A stretch of 64,000 nucleotides of DNA from Chlorokybus atmophyticus (taxonomy: Eukaryota; Plantae; Mesostigma and Chlorokybus algae), in assembly GCA_009103225.1 (NCBI GenBank), contig RHPI01001507.1, positions 686,151-750,150 of the forward strand, read 5' to 3'. Position 1 is the first letter of the stretch. Every line of letters starts with the position of its first letter. A program made the translations under genes and the position numbers. This document shows positions 53,200 through 64,000 of this stretch, piece after piece. The notes below the pieces were generated by a model. The model saw nothing but the letters and a program-made list of their open reading frames with translations, did no database searches and had not been told where the DNA came from.

Positions 53200-53910
53200 T
53201 GTTATTAACGATGCGGAGGCAGCGTCTTTGGTCAGCGTACTGCTAGTTGCTAAGCACTGACAGCTGCTGTTTACTACCATCTGCTTGTATATTGCAGAAC
53301 GCTTGATTCTTCCACGCTCACGCTTATTCTCTGCACTTGTGACTTGCTAACTTGTGACTGTTTTGCAGCGCAGTCCTTGTTGTCCCTCACTCGTGTCGCA
53401 AGAGCCGTAACAGCCAGCATTATTACACACTGCTTTGCACAACTCTGTACAGGTAAGGAAGCAGCTGGGTCGGTTGCAGTAGACTTCAACGCAGTCAGTA
53501 CACGTCACAACGCGGTGGTTGCAGGCAACTGCACTGCACACTTACGGCACGAGTACGGTGTGCATGTGGTACAGACACGCTTGTTGGTACTGTTGACGAC
53601 AGCAACAAGGTGAGTTGCTGCTTCTCCCCAAGCCATGCTTGCTCACAATCTGGAGCTGCTGCTGGTGCTGCCACCTCAACAATGCCTGTTTGCCAGCAGC
53701 CACTAGGCGGGTGGGCAGGGCTGGGTTGCCCCCATGGTCATGATTAGAGAGCGAGCAGCAAGCGGTGCGCCGGTTCTGGGAGGGGTTATCTCGCTTCCTC
53801 CGCAACAAGTGCCGTTGTTGATAGACAAAGGCAAGTCCGATTCAATTCAGTCCTCCGCAAGTCTGAAGAGCTGGAGTGACGAATGCATCATGAGGTATGT
53901 TGTGTTAAAT
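53200..53910 (+). pseudogene. Second dispersed copy of the mTERF-like remnant (homolog of ~4570-5230)
   Basis: Colinear similarity including introns, e.g. gggtgggcagggctgg.ttgcccccatggtca, gttctgggaggggttatctc and ttcctccgcaacaagtg are shared with 5035-5150. Confidence 0.75.
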
Positions 53911-54317
53911 GTCTCAGTCTCAGTGCATGGTGCTTGTGGTGAACCTGCACTGCACAGCAGATGTGGAAGTTGATTGACCTGACCAGTGCGACTACCAAAG
54001 CAGTGACGGACCCGACTTCTGAGGCGCGTTGTTTTAGAACGAGTCTTCCAGACAATTTGTCAAAGCTCAAAGCGCTGTTTTATAGCATAGAACACGCGGT
54101 ACCTATACAACGGGTTCCTTATGCCATGAGCACATATCATCACTACCATGTCTGTGTGAGCACATGGTGCATGCGACATCTTGCTGAGCTAACTGTGTTT
54201 GAGACAGGTCGCGTAAAGCAACAAACCAAGCATACACGCATACATCCCTACAAAAGCCTCCCTCTCCGCCGCCGCCTCCCCACCCCACCCCACCCCCCCC
54301 TCTGCGCGTGCACCCAT

Positions 54318-56074
54318 CTACCAACTATGCGGCTGCCTCGCCTCTCCCTCCCTTCCCCCATCATCATCATCACCATCATCGTCGCTGTCATGGAACATGG
54401 GGTCTGGTCGCAGCTGGCGGATGGCGAACTTCATGTCGCCTACTGTCTCTTTGCTGGTTGCCTCCACACGCGACAACAACAAGATGATGCCAAGCGGGTG
54501 AAGGCAAGGTCCGCCACACGCCTCCAAGACGTACTTGACAGCGTGCGCGCTTATGCGCAGCTGCAATATGGCTGCGTCCTTATCTGAATAAAAGCAACCA
54601 TAAACATTATTGCAAGCAAGAAAGCAATTAGCAGCACGTATGACAGAGCAGCAGAGTACATATGACACAGCAATTACCAGTTGTACATACCTGTAGAGCT
54701 GGACTTCGACTCCCCCATAACCAACCAGCGGTCTTCAGCCTCAAAGAGCACGCCTCCTGCTGCGTTGATCTCCAATTGGCCCGAGACGTTCGGCGCCACT
54801 TTTTGATGCCGTGCCACCTCCCACATGACAGCACTTAAAGCAGCACCGTTGGTGTCTGCCACCTCTGTTCATAGACAACATGAGAGGGCACCAATAGATC
54901 ATAACTGACACGAGATGCCAAGTGTACATACCTACAAGAAGTCATCTCACCTGCTTGACCATTGATGCATGTGTAGACAAAACGTTGAAAAGTTCTGCGA
55001 ACATCGTGATTCAGATATTTCCCGATCATATCTTGGAAATGTCTTGCCAGACCGGCAGCCTCCTCCATGCCTCGACGCTTCAACATGCTCCGAAGTTGAT
55101 GGTATGTCTCTGCAACATCCACTAGATCTGGCACAACGCGCCCTTGATTCTCGTTGATATGGGCGAGGATCCGCTTTGTTGCAGCCTTGAGCGCAACAGG
55201 AAGAAAAGCGCTGAAACTCTGCCGAATTGCATCCTAAAGAACACCTACTAGTATCAATAAACAACCAGTGGCTGATCAGTCGAGCAAAATTGCCTGTGTC
55301 CGTGCAACTTGAGCAAGCGATGTCAAGCTGTAAGTCAACAACTATGAAATCTTACTTGCCATGACACTTACCACAGCGATCAACTTCATGACCAAAGCGC
55401 CTTTGTTTGTTGGCGTGCCCCATCGGCCGCCATAAAACTCGAGAATCTGATCGATTGTAGTGAAAAGTTGACCGTTAGTGTACTTCTTCGGCTGCCGGCA
55501 CTTCATGCCGGTGTAGTTCTCCACCTCATGAACGAAATGCGCCATGAGCTGGGCTTCAGCCATAATTCCAACAGTTCCGACCAGTGCAGATAAGGCCTTC
55601 TGCTGATTGGCAGCGGCCTTTTGTAGATTGGCAGCGGCCGTGCGTGCCTCCTCCCAATACCTTGTGAACTGCAATGGCAGCGAAGCAATCAGAACGATGG
55701 GAACTGGGACGGGAACCAGACCATGCAGCTACTTGCACGAGGCTGGCTACCAAGAGCAGTGTATGCGTGTGATAGTGAGGCACTGTTGGTGCGTCACTAT
55801 CACATAGGCATGCGCGTTGGTTACCTGCAATACTACGGACACCATTGCATTGGGTTGCTTCTACTCTTCAGTACTTCACACCGGCAACGTGCGCAGCATG
55901 AAATGTGATTGCACCTACCCACTGTGGCTCGCTGTCATCCTCCTCACTGCCATCTCCAGCACTGGAGAAACTGCAGCTTGGAGTAAGGTTATGGTTGTTC
56001 TTTCCAACCAACAAAGATGGCGCCGGACCTTGCAATGCAGGTCTCCTCCCGAGAGTGGTCAGTGACCTGACCAT
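54318..56074 (-). CDS. Putative organelle-targeted PD-(D/E)XK nuclease-fold protein, copy C (5 exons, 391 aa)
   Basis: Exons 56074-55919, 55668-55372, 55233-54951, 54864-54691 and 54583-54318. Intron positions and phases match copy A and the frame is open. Motifs include GIMAE, LEINAAGG..LVMGESKS and DAAILQLRI..PLGIILL. Confidence 0.8.
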
Positions 56075-56329
56075 TGCACTCTGCGTGCTGGCAGCCTGAC
56101 CGCAAGAGTGAGGAGAAAGCGTCAGTCACTTGCTGGGTGGCTGCTGCACTGGAAGCAGGTGTGTCCAACTTACAGTTCACAGCAGCATGCTCCAACAGCA
56201 TTCTATATAGCTCACAGCTGCTTACCCACTCTGGACGGGTGAGTTGACGGGAGCATCGGTGGTTGCAATCAAAATCGCCTTGTAATACTTGGCTACTCTC
56301 TGCAAGCCGCACAACAGACCTTAAGCAAC

Positions 56330-56332
<3 letters not shown>

Positions 56333-56407
<75 letters not shown>

Positions 56408-56435
56408 NAGAGAGAGAGAGAGAGAGAGAGAGAGA
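56333..56435. repeat. (AG)n microsatellite upstream of copy C
   Basis: Direct observation. Confidence 0.98.
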
Positions 56436-59400
56436 ACACAATAGCTTGTCTGTATCGTGGTGACAACATTGCATGCAGGAACGTGTACCACAACCAGCAG
56501 AGTTGATTGAGAAACAGTCACCTGTCGGATAACTCTAAACAGGTGGGCAAACGCTGGTGACAGCTGGTTCGCCTAACTGCAGAAAGAGCAGTGATAAGCA
56601 GGCATGTGTGTTAGACTGCAATTAACACCAGGAGGTTACCATAACAATGTAGCTGGCGTGACATTACCAAGCCGCAACTGCCTAAGAAACATCGAGCCAC
56701 AGTCTTGAAGGGCAAATCTACAGCGAGGTGCTGAAGAAAGGATAGGGCGATCCCCAAAGCGTCAACTGTAAAACGCAAGTTAGTTTGCATTTGAGAGGCA
56801 TCGTCACAACTGTTTGCGACCAATGCATGGGCCAGCCAAGATGTAGCAGGTCACATGAGATTGCACCATGCATGACTTTCATGCAAAATGACTAACTATA
56901 ATCACAGGTTGTACCGATGAGCACAGGGCAGACAAAACATACACGTGCTGCTATCAAATAGCAACGCCGTCATGTACCCAATCCAAGACTGATAACCCTA
57001 ACATGTCATGCATTCATGAATGCACAATAAAGCCCTCAAGAACCATGACTTATGGTAGAAGCTGCTTCTAGAAGTTGTATACATAAGCTGGATGGACAGT
57101 AGTAAACAAATTGCTTGAACTGGCAAAGCAATACAATAGAAATACAACACCAGTCGCTGCCTACCGCAAAGCATGCCCACCCGCGCCTTGGCCGCTGTCT
57201 GGCAAGCCGCTGGACAGGGCGTGTGAGCGAGCGAGCGGTGAGAGGGTAAGAGGGAGTGAGAGACTCCTGAGTATTTCTGCTGCCCCTTCGCCCGCCGCCG
57301 CCGCCGCCCGCGCCCAGACAGTAATTTGACACGACAAATGACAAATGACGTGACATCTCTCTCTCTCCAGGCCCTTGAAGGCCTCGCCTGATCAGCCAGG
57401 TCCCACCCAAAAAAACTTTCTCTTCCTCCCTCAACACGCTGTGCAAGGCGGCCTACCGGTGAACAGTACGCACAGAGGGCAAGCGTTGCACATGTAGCAT
57501 GCTACAGTGTAGCGACCTAAAACTGCAAAGCTATGTCTACAGGGCTGTACATGGACTACACATAGGCTATATACAAATAAGACAAGACACCGCTATGTCA
57601 CATAGCGGTGTCTTGTCTTAATTGTACATATTTTAGCAGCTGCTGAATCCATCAACCAATCCACTATCAAGCTAAACTTAACACCGGCTTTTACACACAA
57701 TCTTGCACTTGTAAGAGGTAGCTTAACCTTTTGCTGCACAGCACAAAATGATGCCGCACGCACATGAATGCACCATGCTGCGCTCGCTATGATATATGGT
57801 TGGTTTCTATGTATATGTAGCTACTGGTATGTAGCTACAGCGTTTCGTATGGTTATTTTTTCTCAAGTGCGGATATTACATATGATATGATGTTAATATT
57901 GCTACAAAGTCACTACCATGTTGATACTTGATGCTAGCTATCGATAGCTACCATTGATCAATGATAGCTTGTGCGTCCACCGATACTAGCACTTACCCAC
58001 ACCCGCACGCATGCATGCGCACGAACCCCCTTATGTGCTCCGCTCTGACGTTATTATTACTATATATATGATGGAATAAATTAAGACAGTTATCGGCATA
58101 ACACATTGTAGTGGATGCAAGCGTAAAAGAAAGCATCCTCATTGGCTTGTACTGCCGCACTTTGAAAGCTGTTCCCTCTATATAACATGAACGCCTTAAA
58201 CATCATGACTAATAATTGTGAGTTTAACAAGCATGATGCTATGTCAATTGTATAGAGAAATCATAGTAGAAAGCGCATCTTTATACATGTACGAATATGT
58301 AAGGTTGAAATGCAATCTGAAGAGCAGTAATGAAATGAAGCATACAGTCAACACGACCATCACGCCTACAAGCACGTTGCATTTATGTCATATATATGCA
58401 TATGAGTGTTGTAATTGCATGCACACCAGACCAAGTGTCCTGTTGATAACCTTCAATGAACGCATGGATGAATGAAGGAGTGAATGAATGAATGAATCAA
58501 CGAACGAGTGACTGAATGATTGAAAGAAGTACTTGCGTTGTTTCATTATCAGCCTCGTAACGAGCCGGGCAATGGCGTAGATACATGTGTACCTGGTATC
58601 TACTCCAGTGCCAGCCAGTCTGGCCCAGCCTCGTTGCGAGGCTGATAAGCACGAGAGGGCCTCTTCGTACCTATTCATCTCTCTGACAAGCCCTTTCAGC
58701 TCAGCTGAGCTGATTGCTGCTGGCCTGGTGGCGGTATTGCTGGTGGTGTTTGCGTGGGGCGTGGGGTGAGGCCCTACGGCCAAGTGTGGCATATATGGAG
58801 GAGGCGGATCTGCTGCCGCCAGTGGCTGGGTACCGGTGTAGACCCCCCTACGGTGGCAGCCCCGGAGCCCGTTGCTAGGCGTGGGTGCGCATGCTGCTGC
58901 TGATGACTGCCCATGTCAACGAGGGTTTTGGCTGGACGCTTCTCTCTCTCACGCAATTGGGTGGACATTTCAACATGTCCACTCGCATGTGTAGCCGCAG
59001 GTCGAAATCAACACACCGTGTCTACCAGAGCTACTGCTTGAATGCAGCTGACATGGCGATGGCAACACCTGCGACACTACACAGTGAGTGTCCACTTTCC
59101 CAGCGTTCGTGTGCATGCCGGCTTCGGTGCAAATGCACGCGTCAGCACGCATGTGTGGACACGTATGCATGTGTGTAGAATATATGCAATGCTATTGTGA
59201 CCAACACAACATGCGTGGCACATGCATCAGCAAAACGCACAACACGCAACGATTGCACTTGATAACCATCGGGCTATGTATACAAGCTAGCTACCAAGGT
59301 AGCTACCTTTATTGCAACCCGTACCCCGTTGGATGTGCATGCAGGCATGATTGATTACTAGCCACATTGTCGGTGGAATTATTACTAAACAATACGACGA

Positions 59401-59744
59401 CGATATTATGTGTGACCATAAGCACAACGGCTTCTATACCAGAGCCGTAAGCAAATTGTGTTTATGCCATTTGTCACGGTGACAGAGCCTACCACAATTG
59501 TGCACTTCTGTGCAAACGTGTACGCTTGTGGTGCTGTCTCTCGTATGCAATGACTTTTGTATGCTCTGGGCAAGCATGCATTACAAATGTGTGCACATAA
59601 TGCATGCAATGCAAGCAGGAACAAGGTTAGCTTTATGCCAAGCTGCCAGTGTTTGGATGTGGCGGTTGACAAAAGTAACCAACTATATTCACATATACAT
59701 CTATAAAAACCACCCATCAACCCCGAATCAGCGCACTCTCGCCT

Positions 59745-61530
59745 ACGATTACCCACCGCGTGGCGCGCCCCCCTCCCCTTTCCTTCCCTCATCATCATGA
59801 TCAGTCTTTATTTAAACATAAGCATGCTCTTGTAAAAGGTTAGATTGGTTGACAGATCGACTACGAAAGATCATCATCATCATCATCATCAACATCATGA
59901 AAATGGGGTTCGGTTGTAGCTGGCGAATGACCAACTTTGCATCTCCTAGCGTTCTCTTGTTTGTTGCGTCCATGCATGACATTAACAACACGATGCTCAA
60001 TAGTTGGAGGCTAGGTCCGCCGCAAGCCCCGAAAATATAAAATCACCAGCAGACTTGTGCAGCAGCGTGGCGGCATCCTCATCTGATAAAGATAGTTATG
60101 AGCAATTGTACAACTTAGCAATCCAACTGATGATTATACATGCTTGTGAGATGCGACTCGTGACTTCGCCTGTCATGTCCAAGCGACTGCCGGACCTCAT
60201 GGATGTTATGGAGACGTACTACCAACTTTAGCGCGTGTTGGAGCTGCAAGGCATGAAGGAGGTTGCTAGCCTTGCAGGAGACTTGCAAGACATGATCGGG
60301 GAACACCTGAACTTCAATGCGCGCAGAACATTCCAGCGCTTCGTTTACACGTGCACTTATGGGCAAGAACGTGAGTTTACTTCTTGTTCATACACTCGGC
60401 CTACAAGAAGTAAACTCACGTTCTTGCCCATAAGTGCACGTGTAAACGAAGCGCTGGAATGTTCTGCGCGCATTGAAGTTCAGGTGTTCCCCGATCATGT
60501 CTTGCAAGTCTCCTGCAAGGCTAGCAGCCTCCTCCACTTGTAGCTCCAGCACGCGCTGAAGTTAGTGGTACGTCTCTGTAACATCCGTGACATCCGGCAC
60601 AGAGCGCCCCTTGTTGGCTTTGATATGGGCAACGATCTGGTTTGTCGTAGCCTTGAGCGCCACAGGAAGGAAGGCAATGGAACCCTGCCGAATTGCATCC
60701 TAAAGAAGTGATCACAGTCAGTAACCGTCCAATGGATGATCATTCAAGCAAAGAGTTGAGTTCACACAACTTGAGCAAGCAACAATAAAGCTGTACTTGC
60801 CATGGCACTTACCACAGCAATCAACTTTGCAACCAAAGCAGCCTTGTTTGTTGGCAGGCCCCACTTGCCGCCATAAAATTCGGGAATCTTGTCAACATCA
60901 GAGAAAAGGCGGCCGTTACTGTACTTCGTCAACCGGCAATGTATGTTGGTGTAGTTCTCCATCTCGCGAGGAAAATACGCCATGAGTTGAGATTCGGCCA
61001 TGAGTCCGGAAGCTGCGACCGGTGCGGATGTGGCCTTCTGCTGGCTAACAGATAACTGCTCCAGCTTCTCTATCCTGTCAAATGCCTTGGCAGCTTCCTG
61101 CCTGAACTTGTTGAACTGCCAGAAGCAACCGGCCATGCTAAGAATTGCGCTCGACAAAGCCTTGGTCAGACGGCTTAGCCTCAGTTGAGGCTAGCCAACA
61201 AGAGAAGCGTATGCGTGTTAGCTAACTGTAACGCTACGAACAAGATTGCATGGTGGGCTTCCACTATCTGTGACCAATCGCAGCAGCATGTAAACTGACT
61301 GAGTCATTGCCTTAACGTACCCACTGTGGCGCGCCATCATCCTCTTCATTAGAGTCTCCCCCATCGGAGAAACTGCAGCGTGGTACAAAGGTATGCTTGT
61401 TCTGTCGAACCAACAAGGCCGGTGGCGTGGAACTTTTCAACGCAGGTCTTCTGCTGCTCCTAAGAGTGGTGCAACGGACCATCGCCGTGGCACTCTGCGT
61501 CGCACTTTGCATGCTGGCAGCTGACCGCAT
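59745..61530 (-). pseudogene. Pseudogene copy D of the nuclease-fold family
   Basis: Exons 1-2 are open. Exon 3 has TAC CAC TAA plus a small deletion. Exon 4 is replaced by an inverted duplicate of exon 3. Exon 5 is frameshifted and carries a ~65-bp insertion. Confidence 0.9.
60188..60599. repeat. Long inverted repeat: ~200-bp arms, inner 124 bp perfect, 15-nt loop
   Basis: 60264-60387 is the exact reverse complement of 60403-60526 (checked base by base). The outer arms are diverged. Confidence 0.97.
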
Positions 61531-61671
61531 GAGTTAGAAAGGGTCAGTCGCTATATGGTTGCTGCACTGGAAGCAAGTGTGTCCAGTTCATAGTGCATAG
61601 CAGTCCATGCAGCAGACAACTAATCACCCACTGGACGGGTGCGTATTACCGATGCAGAGGTGGTTGCAGCC

Positions 61672-61711
<40 letters not shown>

Positions 61712-61712
61712 N

Positions 61713-61777
<65 letters not shown>
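61672..61777. repeat. (AG)n microsatellite upstream of copy D
   Basis: Direct observation. Confidence 0.98.
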
Positions 61778-61780
<3 letters not shown>

Positions 61781-64000
61781 TCTCAGTAGTTGGTCTGCAT
61801 CATGGTGACAACAAAGCATGGGGAAACGTATGAGACACCTGTTTGAGGTTTGAAGCACAAAACAGCCAGCTGCAGTGGTATAGTAGCTGGAACAAGTGGG
61901 CAGATGGCTGTGGTGCTGTCGCTGGTGACAGATGTTTCGCCTGCCTACAAAAGGAGCAGAGATAAACTCCGGAGTGTATCAGACTGAAAGACACACCATG
62001 TTGTTAACACCACAATGTAGCTGGTGTGATATGCTTACCAAGCAACTGCGAATGCCATCACTGAGCTGTGGTCTCAGAAAGAATGTTGTGCAGGGAAGTG
62101 TTGCAGAAAGGACGGCGAAGGCGATACCCCAAGCGTTAACTCAAGTTGGAAACACAAGTTGGTTTGCATGTGCGAGGCATCGTCACAACTGTGCGACTAC
62201 CGCATGGGCCAGGATGGTAACATGTCACATCAAGTTCTGAACCATGCAGTTGATGCGGGCGTGCACATATTCCGTTACGTTTACACAAGTTGTCACGCAA
62301 GCTGGTACACATCAAGATGCAACGCCAGACACTGACGTCATGCACCCGAACCCCAACGTGTCAAAGGATTGCACAAGGAAGCATTGCATCGTGACTTACT
62401 TGTTGTAGAAGCTTCCAGAAGTATCGAAAGGGTGAATGGCAGTGAACATACTGCTTTACAGACATGCAAAGCAATAAAACACAACACAACTTGTGTGAAA
62501 ACAATGCCGCAGTCGCTGACTGCTAAGCATGGCCACCGCCCCATTGCGACTCTCTGGTAAGCCATCAGAAAGAGCGCGTAAAAAACGGTGTGAGAGGGGG
62601 GACACTCACATACACAGTCCTGCTGCCCCTTCTCCCGCCGCTGAAGCCGTTTCCGCCGCCGCCTCCGCCGTTGCCGCCGCCGTCGCCACTGCCGCCTGGA
62701 CAGTAAGGGAAGGTCCTATTCTGGAGACAGATTGACGTGACGTGCTTATCAGCCTCGTTACGAGGCTGATAAGCATGAGAGGGAACTCCCTTTCAGCTGA
62801 GCTGAGCTGAGCTGAGCGCTGCTGGCCTGGTGGCGGTGGGGGTGGCGGTGTGGTGGGGCGTGGTGGTGGGCTCCAGCTAAGCTTGGCGTCTTCCTGAAGA
62901 GGAGGCGGAGCTGCTGCTGCCGGTGGCTGGGCACTGGTGTGGACGCCCCTACGGTGGTCGCCCTGTCAGAGCCCGTTGAGCCAGGTGTGGTGCGCATGCT
63001 GCTTGACCATGACTGCCCCTTGTCAACAAGGGCTGTGCTGGACGTCTCTCCCACGTGCATTCATGGCAACGTTTCCACTCGCATGTGTAGCCGCAGGTTG
63101 ACATCCACACCGTGTCTACCAGAGCTAGCTGGCGCCGCTCAACAGTCGACATGGGGATGGCAACTTCTGCAACACTATGCAGTAAGTGCCAGCAGCATTG
63201 TCCAAGACTTGTGTGCATGTGCGGGCTCCAGTGCAGGCTGTGTGCATTATCGCGTGAGCGCGTGCTTGGGTGCATGGGTTGCAGGCGTTAGTGTACATGT
63301 GAGTGTGTACATTGGTGTACGCCTGTGTGCGCAGCCGCACAAGCGCTTAGCTTTAACTAAGTTTGAGTCGTGTCATGGGCAGAAGTTCACCTACCGGCGT
63401 GCACTACCAATATGCTTGCCAGACAGTCAAGGTGGTCTCGCGCCCATCAGAACAACGGGTACGTGCCTCCTCATGTCAGCGCTAGCTTGTCACTTACAAA
63501 ATTGAAGCACTACTCTCAAAGGCTAAATGGTAGACTATATGCACATGCACAGACACGCGCACGTTGACATACAAAAGTAGCCTTTGCGGTGCAGGCATTG
63601 TGCGAAAATCCGCACAGAGAGCTATGCAAGTGAGCCGCTTGCGCATCTTGCAAACAACTCAAAGAGCGGGCGCCGAAGCCGCTCCGCGCAAGCGCAGAAG
63701 GTATGCAACCGCTGCATGTTGCTGCGTTCAATGATTGCACTGGAACACTCAACAACTTGTGCAGCAGGCGCTTTCTATGACAGCTGTGCAGTTTCCAACG
63801 ACTATGCACTTGAGCAGCCTGCACACGAACAGGCAAGTGTGCAGTGGTGCGTGAGTCTTTGCTACTTGTGTGTTCATTGTTGTTTCAGAAAAATACAACA
63901 CATGCGCACACATGCATGTGCACTCATAGGTTTTAACGGACACGCACGCGCACGCGTATGCACGCACACAGGTGAGCGAGCAGTTCTGGCTGCTACCAGG

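Larger units (their letters stand above)
54290..59130. repeat. Segmental repeat unit, copy C (most diverged)
   Basis: Same module order as copy A: gene, (AG)n, conserved upstream block, GCC-rich block, AT-rich spacer, start of partner module. Confidence 0.88.
59135..64000. repeat. Segmental repeat unit, copy D (runs off the window end)
   Basis: Closely similar to copy A, but lacks the equivalent of ~47710-48667. Confidence 0.92.

Overview
Eukaryotic nuclear DNA, most likely from a charophyte-grade streptophyte alga. This is inferred from a full HD-ZIP III gene with a MEKHLA domain but no miR165/166 site, plant-type GBSS and GWD genes, and introns made of alternating purine-pyrimidine repeats. 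Bases 7.7-42.7 kb hold ordinary spliced genes: GBSS (+), SYS1 (-), a SWT1-like PIN nuclease (+), an ACP5-type purple acid phosphatase (-), GWD1 (-), class III HD-ZIP (+) and a ubiquitin-like ORF (+). GBSS and GWD each have an inverted, decayed partial duplicate just upstream. Bases 44-64 kb are three direct copies of a ~5-6 kb unit. Hand splicing shows that two copies carry intact 5-exon genes (418 and 391 aa) with a transit-peptide-like N-terminus, a coiled coil, PD-(D/E)XK restriction-endonuclease-like motifs and an acidic tail. The third copy is a pseudogene whose putative catalytic exon is replaced by a fold-back inverted repeat with 124-bp perfect arms. That combination suggests an organelle-targeted nuclease-fold family with a built-in hairpin-RNA source, which is the best candidate for a new system here. 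Protein identities come from motif recognition by eye; no database searches were run.
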